This document shows positions 1-7,740 of a stretch of DNA of 40,483 bases, piece by piece. Within the stretch, counting starts at the first letter, position 1. Every line of letters starts with the position of its first letter. This DNA comes from a virus (Duplodnaviria; Caudoviricetes). The position numbers and the translations under genes were made by a program. The stretch is from IMG/VR virus record IMGVR_UViG_3300035394_000219, positions 1 to 40,483 of that record. One strand, written 5' to 3'. Under the pieces are notes generated by a model. The model saw nothing but the letters and a program-made list of their open reading frames with translations. It ran no database searches and was not told where the DNA came from.

Positions 1-204
1 ACTAATAATTTATTCAATCAAGAAATAGATCAAGCAATAGAAGAATATAAAATATTTTATAAAGAAAAACTAGAAGAAAGTAATCTAGGAACAGTTACAG
101 AAAATGGTGATATTGAAAGATGGATTGGTTCTATTAATAAAGAAAGAGCAGATGAATCTTTAAATGAGGTTATTGAATATTTGGAAAATCTTAAAAAATA
201 TTAA
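1..204 (+). CDS. 3' end of a hypothetical protein (5'-partial)
   Basis: Frame 1 is open from the window edge (TNNLFNQEIDQAIEE...VTENGDIERWIG...YLENLKKY) to TAA at 202-204, 2 nt before the next ATG. Confidence 0.75.
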   Translation, partial: TNNLFNQEIDQAIEEYKIFYKEKLEESNLGTVTENGDIERWIGSINKERADESLNEVIEYLENLKKY

Positions 205-206
205 AA

Positions 207-824
207 ATGATTGTCTTGATAACTACAGTAACTGTTGCTTTAATTACGGCTGTAATAGGACCTATTGCAGTAAGTTGGGTAAAATTAAAAATGGAGAAAA
301 AAACCACCACAACTCCAATACATGATGCTTTAGAATCATCTATCCAAATAGATAATCAACTTAACATGATAATGGAAGAATTAGAATGTGATAGAATTTG
401 GATAGCGCAATTCCATAATGGGGGGTATTTTTATCTAACAAACCGCTCAATCCAAAAATTTTCAATATTCTATGAAAAATGTACTCTAGACACCCCAAAT
501 ATTCAAAATACATTCCAAAACATTCCTGTGTCTTTATTCCCTAGAGTATTATCTAAAGTATATAAAGATAATGAACTTTCAATTGATAATATTGATAATG
601 CAGAGGATACATTTGGTTTAGAACATTTAACTACTCAATTTAATACTAAATCTATATGTATGATAGGTTTACATAGTTTAGATAATCATTTAATAGGTGT
701 AATAGGTATATCATTCAAACAACCCTACCATATAAAAAAAGAAGAATGGATATATATTAGAAAAAAAATAGGAGTTATTGGAACATTACTATCCAAATAT
801 TTATACGCAACAAATAAGAAATAA
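207..824 (+). CDS. Membrane-anchored GAF-like protein; candidate T4 T-type holin
   Basis: One N-terminal hydrophobic helix, then a soluble domain with a GAF-like pattern (CDRIWIAQFHNGG...KSICMIGLHSLDNHLIGVIGISF). Size and topology resemble T4 holin T. The holin role is inference. Confidence 0.5.
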   Translation: MIVLITTVTVALITAVIGPIAVSWVKLKMEKKTTTTPIHDALESSIQIDNQLNMIMEELECDRIWIAQFHNGGYFYLTNRSIQKFSIFYEKCTLDTPNIQNTFQNIPVSLFPRVLSKVYKDNELSIDNIDNAEDTFGLEHLTTQFNTKSICMIGLHSLDNHLIGVIGISFKQPYHIKKEEWIYIRKKIGVIGTLLSKYLYATNKK

Positions 825-1036
825 TGAAAGACAATTTTGATGAATATAAATGGTTTAAAAATCAATATTTAAATGAAAATGATAATACTATAAATAATAT
901 TGAACTTCTAGCAGATCCTAGAGATTTAAAATATCTCAAAGATTTACTTAGAATTATTATTACTGATTTAAATGCACAAGATGTTGATATAGAAGATATA
1001 AAATTATACTTATCTCAATTTATTGACCAAATATAA
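824..1036 (+). CDS. Small acidic protein, putative internal head protein
   Basis: 70 aa, TAATG-coupled to the upstream gene. MKDNFD...YLNE leader shared with the next gene. Confidence 0.6.
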   Translation: MKDNFDEYKWFKNQYLNENDNTINNIELLADPRDLKYLKDLLRIIITDLNAQDVDIEDIKLYLSQFIDQI

Positions 1037-1043
1037 TATTTAT
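1036..1043 (+). promoter_or_regulatory. Representative copy of the recurrent ATAT(T/G)TAT late-promoter motif
   Basis: ATATTTAT at 797, 1036, 3868, 7711, 9017, 12117, 14056, 22139, 22890, 29934, 32345, 34556, 38641, 39709; ATATGTAT at 20555, 37077, 37693; all shortly upstream of starts. Confidence 0.7.
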
Positions 1044-1056
1044 AATAAAATAAAAC

Positions 1057-1470
1057 ATGAAAGACAATTTTGACTTAAAAAGATTCTTAACAGAACATAA
1101 AGTATTTGAAAACTTTAACCCATTTATGGCCGAGGATTATAGTATGGAAGATGAAGATAAAAAAAATTCATTGCGTGATCGAATTAGAGAAATAATAATA
1201 TCTGAATTATCCCTTCAAGAAACAGAATTAGATGAAGCTAAGAAAGATAAAGAAGAAGAAACAGTAGATGATGTTGAATTAGAAGACACTACTGAATTTG
1301 AAACAGAACCTGAAACCGAAGTAGCTCCTGATTTAGATGGGGGAGAAAAAGAAATAATGGACTCACTAGAAAATGCTCTCGAATTTGCAAAACAAAAAGG
1401 AGATGATAAATTGATTGACCAAATTGGAAATACAATTACATTCTTCACAAGACAATATATCGTAAAATAA
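1057..1470 (+). CDS. Acidic protein, putative prohead core/internal protein
   Basis: 137 aa, very E/D-rich. MKDNFDLKRFLTE leader, LRDRIREIIISELSLQE motif, several L-x-E sites. ATATTTAT at 1036. Confidence 0.65.
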   Translation: MKDNFDLKRFLTEHKVFENFNPFMAEDYSMEDEDKKNSLRDRIREIIISELSLQETELDEAKKDKEEETVDDVELEDTTEFETEPETEVAPDLDGGEKEIMDSLENALEFAKQKGDDKLIDQIGNTITFFTRQYIVK

Positions 1471-1494
1471 TCAAATCTATAATAAATAAAATAT

Positions 1495-1665
1495 ATGAAC
1501 ACAATTGAATTAATTGAAGTAATGGAAACATTATTAGAAGTAGTAAAGACAGAAAATACAAAAACCACTAAAGCAGCTCATGGACGTGCTCGTAAAGCAT
1601 CCAGTGAATTGAAAAAACTAGCTAGTGAATTTAAAAAAACGTCTCTATCAGAAGATAAAGCTTAA
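1495..1665 (+). CDS. Histone H1-like (Hc1-type) small basic DNA-binding protein, 56 aa (absent from the ORF track)
   Basis: Own translation: MNTIELIEVMETLLEVVKTENTKTTKAAHGRARKASSELKKLASEFKKTSLSEDKA. The KAAxxRARKASxELxKLxxEFxKxS signature resembles Bacteroidota 'histone H1' proteins. Confidence 0.75.
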   Translation: MNTIELIEVMETLLEVVKTENTKTTKAAHGRARKASSELKKLASEFKKTSLSEDKA

Positions 1666-1671
1666 TTTAAA

Positions 1672-1956
1672 ATGCTCAACGAAAAAAAACTTACTGCCGA
1701 CGAATTAGCAGCCCGTGAAAAAATAATTATGGGTATGAAAAAAAACAAGTCTCAACTTGTGAAGAAATTTGGTAAAGATGCAGAAAAAGTTATGTATGGT
1801 AGAGCAACAAATATAGCTAAAAAACAGGTGGAAGATAAAACTGGAACCGTGGAAGAAAAATTAAAAAAAGCTGTGAGAACTACATTAAGTGTATCTCCAT
1901 CTTCTAAATTTTCTGAATTAACCGAAAGAATATTCTCTAAAATGAGGAATAAATAA
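1672..1956 (+). CDS. Basic hypothetical protein, putative internal head protein
   Basis: 94 aa, starts MLNE. The REKIIMGMKKNK...KKFGKDAEKVMYGRATNIAKK module is of a type seen in T4-like phage proteins. Confidence 0.6.
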   Translation: MLNEKKLTADELAAREKIIMGMKKNKSQLVKKFGKDAEKVMYGRATNIAKKQVEDKTGTVEEKLKKAVRTTLSVSPSSKFSELTERIFSKMRNK

Positions 1957-2414
1957 TGACAAGAGAAGAACTTATTATACGAATTCGTAAATTAGCATTT
2001 GAAGTTGTTAATTCAAGAAAACAAGCAGAGGTAGCCACAATTGAATATGATGAATTAATTAAATTCCCTGAATTAAAGAAAATATTAATTGATTTATTAA
2101 CTAATGAATTTGATAAGTTTTTATCATCAATAGATTGGGTTGCTCCTCGACCAACTACATTTAGAATTAACTTAAAAAACAACCAAGAATTTTATATAAT
2201 GTTTGGTAAAAGAAGTTGGATTGCACAAGTTGAAGGTAAAAAATATTATCTATTAAATTTACCTGAAGAGGAAAGAGCAGCAGAGGCTATATCTCGTATC
2301 TTAAGATATGGAATAAAAATAGAATCAGGAGCCCAAACAGATCTTGAATTATCATCAGAAGCTCCACCAGAGGAACCACCAGTAGAATCACCACCAGAAG
2401 AAACACCAGCATAA
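1956..2414 (+). CDS. Hypothetical protein with Pro/Glu-rich tail
   Basis: 152 aa, TAATG-coupled on both sides. Confidence 0.7.
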   Translation: MTREELIIRIRKLAFEVVNSRKQAEVATIEYDELIKFPELKKILIDLLTNEFDKFLSSIDWVAPRPTTFRINLKNNQEFYIMFGKRSWIAQVEGKKYYLLNLPEEERAAEAISRILRYGIKIESGAQTDLELSSEAPPEEPPVESPPEETPA

Positions 2415-3868
2415 TGGACGCTTTAACCAAATTTTTAAATAATATAGCTTATAAGTTTCCTAAAGGATATCCTGACATGAATAATGAACAGGATATTTTG
2501 TTATTGGAAAACGAATTGAAAAAATTAGGTATTGACTTAACAGAAAGTTCATTGTCCCCAAAAGAATTAGAAAAACCATACCCTCCTAGACATGAATTCT
2601 CCGGGAAATATTCCGATAGAGGTGGAAGATTTAGAGAAAAAATATTAAATGGTAGCGAGTTTGAATTAAATGATGGTTCTACCATTATAATTGATCCTAA
2701 AGCATCATCTGAATTAATGGATGCCCTTGAAAAAAAACAATATAATATTTTAAATAAAGGTGCTAAAGTAATAATTGATACTAATGGTAAAGCTTATGGA
2801 ATAGCTTCATTAAAGAAAACTGAAGAATTTGGTAGTGGAGCTGGACAAGGTGCAGGTTCTGCAGCTACATCATTAGCTGAATCAGCCCAATGTGTTTTTA
2901 CTGCATTGGCATATAAAATAAAAAAAGGACCAATTTCAGAAGAAGATGTTAATCTTGAGAATTTAAAGAAAGCATTTGAATATTGTGATGTAACTGATTC
3001 ATTAGAATCAATAATTTCATTCTCACAAGATGTATCTTGGAGAAATACATTCATAATTTCTTCTAACATTATATTACAATATTTCAAAAATCCAAATTTT
3101 GAATTTCATAGAGGATCCAAATTTGTACAATCAATATATTCTACATATAAAGTTGCATCAAAATCAGAAGGGATATCAATGCAATCTGATAAATGGAACC
3201 CAGCAGATATATGGTTAGTAGACAAATCAATTTTAAACTTTGATTTCCCACCTGATCTCCAAGAATTAAATGCTTTTCTTGCTGATATGTTTTCTGATAA
3301 TTTACTTATAGGAGTATCTCTAAAAAAATTAGGTAAAGAAGGAAAACTTAGTATATCAAATATATCTGAAGATTCCATTAAAGGACATAAATTAAATAAT
3401 ATTGTAGCTCCATTATCAAATAAAGGAGCCCAATGGAATTATGATGATGGAAAGATTTATTTTAGAACATTTAATTTTGCTACAAATTTCGCAGGTGAAA
3501 TATTAGGTAAAACAGCGGCTCATGGAAAAATAGGAGCAGGACCTATAAATGATGTTTTAAAATATAATAAAACTGAAGTAATTCCTAATTCTAAAGATAT
3601 AAAAAGTAAATTTGAATCGAATGATGAAGAATTACTTAATAAGTTTTATGAGAATTATAATATTGTTGTAGGAGAATTAGATAAAGAAAAATTCCTTGAA
3701 TTTGTAACTACTAAAGATACGGATTGGAAAGTATCTAAATATATGGCTCTTCATATTAGCTCTATAGCAAAACAATCCCAACCATTAGCTAATGAAATCC
3801 TATCAGATATGATAAGATATGCATCTTCATCTACAAAATCAAGTTCAGTATTTGCTAAAATATCATAA
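2414..3868 (+). CDS. Putative PD-(D/E)XK (restriction-endonuclease-like) nuclease with N-terminal leader
   Basis: 484 aa. Motifs TSLAESAQC...KWNPADIWL...IGVSLKK fit E...(P)xD...SxK. A ~44-aa leader ends in IDLTE. Confidence 0.5.
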   Translation: MDALTKFLNNIAYKFPKGYPDMNNEQDILLLENELKKLGIDLTESSLSPKELEKPYPPRHEFSGKYSDRGGRFREKILNGSEFELNDGSTIIIDPKASSELMDALEKKQYNILNKGAKVIIDTNGKAYGIASLKKTEEFGSGAGQGAGSAATSLAESAQCVFTALAYKIKKGPISEEDVNLENLKKAFEYCDVTDSLESIISFSQDVSWRNTFIISSNIILQYFKNPNFEFHRGSKFVQSIYSTYKVASKSEGISMQSDKWNPADIWLVDKSILNFDFPPDLQELNAFLADMFSDNLLIGVSLKKLGKEGKLSISNISEDSIKGHKLNNIVAPLSNKGAQWNYDDGKIYFRTFNFATNFAGEILGKTAAHGKIGAGPINDVLKYNKTEVIPNSKDIKSKFESNDEELLNKFYENYNIVVGELDKEKFLEFVTTKDTDWKVSKYMALHISSIAKQSQPLANEILSDMIRYASSSTKSSSVFAKIS

Positions 3869-3879
3869 TATTTATTGAT

Positions 3880-4467
3880 ATGGAACGTTTAAGATCTCTT
3901 ATTAAAGAAGTACTATCAACACCCCCTAAAAAGGATAGTTGTAACTGTGGTTGCCATAATTGCGATAATGTAGGTAATCCTGGTGTTGTACTAAACGAAA
4001 GTTTAGTTAAAAAAGAAATATTATCGGAAAATCTGCGTTATCACGTGGATAATCAACTACCACTTACCAAAAACACGTTCCGATATGGTTCGGAATCTTT
4101 CCTTAATTTATGGGCAGAAGCTCGTGCTTTATATTTACGTGAAATTATTCATGTAAATGAAGATGATAAACAAATTCTAGAGGAAACTAATTTAGGTAAT
4201 TTTGGTTTATATAAAAATCAAAAAGTACCTTTAGACCTACCTATATTATATGAAGGAGAACTTGAAGAAGCCGAAGATAAATCAAATCCACCAATTGGAA
4301 AATCAAAACGTGGGGGGTCTAAAAAATTCTATGTTTACGTAAGAGATAAAGGTAAAGTTAAAAAAGTATCTTTTGGTGGACAAGATAATACATACTTTAT
4401 ATTCCCTCTTTTAGACATACCCCAAGCTCAACAAAATGAAATTCAAATTCAACCTAAAAAAAAATAG
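3880..4467 (+). CDS. Cys-cluster hypothetical protein, apparently chimeric at its C-terminus; runs into a kinase domain in the -1 frame
   Basis: MERLRSLIKEVL leader, CNCGCHNC cluster, KKFYVYV..KVKKVSFG motif that stops abruptly. Ends CCT-A9-TAG. Confidence 0.6.
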   Translation: MERLRSLIKEVLSTPPKKDSCNCGCHNCDNVGNPGVVLNESLVKKEILSENLRYHVDNQLPLTKNTFRYGSESFLNLWAEARALYLREIIHVNEDDKQILEETNLGNFGLYKNQKVPLDLPILYEGELEEAEDKSNPPIGKSKRGGSKKFYVYVRDKGKVKKVSFGGQDNTYFIFPLLDIPQAQQNEIQIQPKKK

Positions 4468-4946
4468 GTTCTGGGGAGCATGGGAGAGTCTATAATTCTA
4501 GAAAAAATAAAATCATTAAAAAATCTAATAGTTTAAAAGGATTTTCCCAAGATGAACTAGAAAACTACCAACTCTTCAACCAGCATCCTGATATGTTCCC
4601 CCATATTTACAAATTAACTCAAGATTATGTAATTATGGATAAAATAGATTCTCCTAGTAAAGAATTGATGGATGTTTATAATTTTTTAGATGATGTAGAT
4701 ATATGGAGAGATGATGATTTTTTAACTAACATATATGATGAGGTTAAAAACAATAACTTAAAAATTTTCCAACAATCCCTTCAAAAAGCTAAAGAGTTAA
4801 ATAGAATGGATATATATGACACTTTAAAAAAATGTTTAAATTTTTGTATTGAATTAAATAAATTATTTAAAAATAAATTTATAGATATACAATTAAGTAA
4901 TGTAGGAATTGATGATAAAGGCAAAATAAAAATATTTGACCTATAA
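4464..4946 (+). pseudogene. Protein-kinase-like domain split from the upstream ORF by an A9 run (frameshifted or recoded)
   Basis: The frame of ORF 4593-4946 is open back to 4464: IGSGEHGRVY (Gly-loop)...IIKK...DELENY...YVIMDKI...DIQLSNVG...KIKIFDL. There is no in-frame ATG before the Gly-loop. Confidence 0.65.
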
Positions 4947-4947
4947 A

Positions 4948-5211
4948 ATGACCCCATACACAGACATAGAAGTTACAGACAAATATATTATTCGTGAATT
5001 TAACGAAAATGATGATTTAGGAACTGAAGGACTTTAGCATAGAGATTTAGAGGATCGTACTATAGAAGCTATTGGAGATACAGACTGGCAATTACAATTG
5101 GAAAATTGCTTGCCTACCTCTCTAAAAGAACGTATATTTATAGAAAGACACGAATGGCATCGTGTAATAAAAGGAACAGGAATTTTAAAGTTAAAAATAC
5201 ATAAATCATGA
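4948..5211 (+). pseudogene. Small cupin-like protein with one in-frame TAG (5035-5037)
   Basis: MTPYTDIEVTDKYIIREFNENDDLGTEGL*HRDLEDRTIE...DWQLQLEN...IFIERHEWHRVIKGTGILKLKIHKS. Both cupin His motifs (HRDxE, WHRV) are in one frame; ATGA overlap with the next gene. Confidence 0.7.
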
Positions 5212-5666
5212 AGTTAAACAGCTTAAGACAATTAGTTAAAGAAGAATTAACTAAAGCAATCAACGAAAATACTCCCAAATATAAAGAAGGAGATACTTTT
5301 AATTATATGGGAACAAAACATATAGTTGTTTCTGATGATGGATATATCGTTAAAGCAAAACCACCCAATGGAAAAGTAGTTAGAATTAATTATGGTCAAT
5401 TAAAAAATCATGTTAGTGAAAATGAAGATACAAGAGATCTTAAAAATATACCCCTAGAAAATATGGAAGAAGGCACTTATAAAATAGATTATATCATAGC
5501 TGATTATGATGGAGGACCTGGTCATTCAGATTCAACATTATCAACTATTACAAAAGATGAATTTATGCAAAATATAGATATTTCCACTTCAAACTTTTGG
5601 AAAGGTATTGCTCGTGATGTTGATGATTTCCCAATATATAAAGTAACAAAAGTAACAAGAGCATAA
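5208..5666 (+). CDS. Hypothetical protein, putative internal head protein
   Basis: 152 aa. Leader MKLNSLRQLVKEELTKAINE followed by a small beta (SH3/KOW-like) segment. Confidence 0.65.
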   Translation: MKLNSLRQLVKEELTKAINENTPKYKEGDTFNYMGTKHIVVSDDGYIVKAKPPNGKVVRINYGQLKNHVSENEDTRDLKNIPLENMEEGTYKIDYIIADYDGGPGHSDSTLSTITKDEFMQNIDISTSNFWKGIARDVDDFPIYKVTKVTRA

Positions 5667-5708
5667 CATATAGACAGATTCATAGTCTGTCGACTTAAAA
5701 AAATTATT

Positions 5709-5747
5709 AGAGATCTGTTGCCTTATAGGTTACAGATCTTTCTTTTT
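5709..5747 (+). terminator. Rho-independent terminator
   Basis: AGAGATCTGT-tGCCTtatAGGTt-ACAGATCTTT followed by CTTTTT. Confidence 0.7.
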
Positions 5748-5782
5748 ATACATTTGTAATTAAAATATAATATAATAAAATA

Positions 5783-5893
5783 ATATATAAAATTACAAAT
5801 CCCCAAGGAGAAATATATAGGTCAATCAAAAAAATATTGAATCAATATTGAAACAATATAAAAACGAGGTCATCCAAAAACAACAAATTATTC
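5783..5893 (+). pseudogene. GIY-YIG homing endonuclease relic
   Basis: IYKITNPQGEIY, then YIGQSKK after a frameshift, then degraded sequence with stops. Confidence 0.65.
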
Positions 5894-5909
5894 TTGGTTT
5901 TAAAAAAAC

Positions 5910-5941
5910 CTTGGAGAAAATAAAAGATTTTTATATATTTA
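5910..5941 (+). promoter_or_regulatory. Bacteroidota sigma70-like promoter (CTTG-N20-TATATTTA)
   Basis: Near match to TTTG-N19-21-TAnnTTTG, 31 nt upstream of the oxidoreductase. A perfect -7 box, TACATTTG, also lies at 5749-5756. Confidence 0.4.
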
Positions 5942-5969
5942 AAAATATAAAATATAAAATATAAAATAT
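5942..5969 (+). repeat. (AAAATAT)x4 tandem repeat in the 5' UTR
   Basis: Four exact 7-mers immediately before ATG 5973. Confidence 0.8.
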
Positions 5970-5972
5970 AAT

Positions 5973-7298
5973 ATGGATAAACTAGTATATATAGGAGCAG
6001 GAGTAAGTACACAATATGGAGTACTTCATCTATTAAAAAATGGATATGATCCTTCTAAAATAACTATAATAGATAAAGGGAAAAATATCTATGACAGACT
6101 CCCATGTGATATCATGACTGGTGCTGGAGGGTGTGGAACATGGAGTGATTTTAAAGTAATCCCATCATTTAAACAAGGTGGGTTATTTTACCCACATTAT
6201 TGTCAAGATGAAGATCAAGCAAATGGATTATCAAAACAATTATATGATTATATAGTTGAATATCACCCTGATCCTTCTAAAATAATGTATACTGAACCTG
6301 TTGAGGAACCTCAATTTATTAAGGACTCACCTTTTGAATTAAGACAATCTCCATGTTATCACTTAGGTACAGATTATGGTCAACAACAAGTTAAAAATAT
6401 ATTTGAGTATTTTGATAGTGTAGGAGTAAATCAAATATATAATGCTGAAGTTCTAAATGTTAATTTAGAAAAAAATACGGTAACATATTCATATAAGGAT
6501 CATCTTGAAACCTATTATAATGAAATTTACGGAGATAAATTAATTATAGGAACAGGAAAATCAGGTATGGATTTACTTACTAAATTGATTGAAGATTATA
6601 AATTAGAAACCAAAAGTAAACCAGGACAATTTGGTGTTCGTTATGAAACAGATGGTAAGTATTTTGAAGAGTTAAATAAAATAGCTTATGATTTTAAGTT
6701 ATATAAGAAATTTGGAGAGGACAGTGCTAGGTCATTTTGTACAAATAACTTCGCTGCTTTTGTGGCAGAAGAGGAAACATATGGTATGAAATCATATAAT
6801 GGTCATGCCCATAAAGACCCAAATAAAGCAAATGGATTAACTAATTTTGGTATTTTATTAGAAGCTAGAAATATAGAAGACCCATTTAAATTCAGTCAAG
6901 AATTAGTTAACTTTTTCCAATCAAATGGAGAAGCATGTTATTATTCACCTACAGATAGAGAACCTTCATTAACAGATCAAGGAATAAAAGTACCTGGTTA
7001 TAAAATAACATTAGATAAATTTAAAGAGGGATTTGGCAAATATGCTGATTATATTCTAGAATTTATAGATGATTTAAATAAAACTTTTGGAATAAATGAT
7101 AATTATATTTTTTACTGTCCTGAAGTTAAATTTTTAACTAATGAGATAGTATTAAATAAAGAAGATTTATCATTACCACAATACCATAATGTACATTTAC
7201 AAGGAGATGCTGCTGGTGCCCGAGGAATATATATTTCAGCACTGCATGGGATTATGATTTCTGATTCTATTCTTCGAGGTAAAATATTCTTTGGATAA
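5973..7298 (+). CDS. FAD-dependent oxidoreductase (uncharacterised FAD-dependent dehydrogenase family)
   Basis: Rossmann YIGAGVS...TIIDKG, GAGGCGTWSDFK, HLGTD, RSFCTN, NGHA, TNFGIL, PEVKF, C-terminal GDAAGARGI. Confidence 0.85.
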   Translation: MDKLVYIGAGVSTQYGVLHLLKNGYDPSKITIIDKGKNIYDRLPCDIMTGAGGCGTWSDFKVIPSFKQGGLFYPHYCQDEDQANGLSKQLYDYIVEYHPDPSKIMYTEPVEEPQFIKDSPFELRQSPCYHLGTDYGQQQVKNIFEYFDSVGVNQIYNAEVLNVNLEKNTVTYSYKDHLETYYNEIYGDKLIIGTGKSGMDLLTKLIEDYKLETKSKPGQFGVRYETDGKYFEELNKIAYDFKLYKKFGEDSARSFCTNNFAAFVAEEETYGMKSYNGHAHKDPNKANGLTNFGILLEARNIEDPFKFSQELVNFFQSNGEACYYSPTDREPSLTDQGIKVPGYKITLDKFKEGFGKYADYILEFIDDLNKTFGINDNYIFYCPEVKFLTNEIVLNKEDLSLPQYHNVHLQGDAAGARGIYISALHGIMISDSILRGKIFFG

Positions 7299-7389
7299 AT
7301 TGAAAGAGTTAGTAAAAAGTAGTGATATAAGAATTTCACAAGTAGTTCAAGATGCAAAAATAGGAAAATAACAAATAAATATAAAAGTT

Positions 7390-7623
7390 ATGCCAAACAC
7401 ACAAACTAAAAAATTAAAATCACCAGATGGTACTATTGTGTATTATCTAGATGGAAAAATGCACAGTACAGAGGGACCTGCTTTTATTCCTGAAGGTGAT
7501 AATAAGCGAAGAGAATATTATATCAATGGTATAAAATTCACAGAACAAGAATGGAAAGCAGCTATAAAAGAAGGAGATGGTTTACCATATTTTAAACAAT
7601 CAGGTAACAATGTGCGTTTTTAG
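7390..7623 (+). CDS. Small protein with GKxHxxxGPA (MORN-variant-like) motif
   Basis: YYLDGKMHSTEGPAFIPEG...EYYINGI. Confidence 0.7.
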   Translation: MPNTQTKKLKSPDGTIVYYLDGKMHSTEGPAFIPEGDNKRREYYINGIKFTEQEWKAAIKEGDGLPYFKQSGNNVRF

Positions 7624-7647
7624 AAGATAAACCATTTTTATATAAAA

Positions 7648-7685
7648 TATTAATAAAATTTTAAAAGAAAATAAATGAAAATAGG
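7648..7685 (+). repeat. Direct repeat copy 1 (partner 8460-8497) flanking an endonuclease gene
   Basis: TATTAATAAAATTTTAAAAGAAAATAAATGAAAATAGG vs TATTAACACAATTTTAAAAGAAAACATATGAGAATAGG, 33/38 identical. Confidence 0.7.
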
Positions 7686-7740
7686 AAATTAGTTTTTCCT
7701 ACTGTTTTACATATTTATTGTTGATAAAACAACATTATTT

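Noticed and set aside
4465-5037. Genome-wide TAG reassignment, as in some crAss-like and Lak phages
   Set aside because: All large genes are intact in code 11. TAG ends the tail tube and other genes at natural C-termini. Reading through TAG 4465 gives only ~23 motif-less codons; the kinase is in another frame.
5673-5708. preQ1-I riboswitch call
   Set aside because: The loop is too short and lacks the expected ligand-pairing segment, and no queuosine gene follows. Kept only as an unclassified structure.
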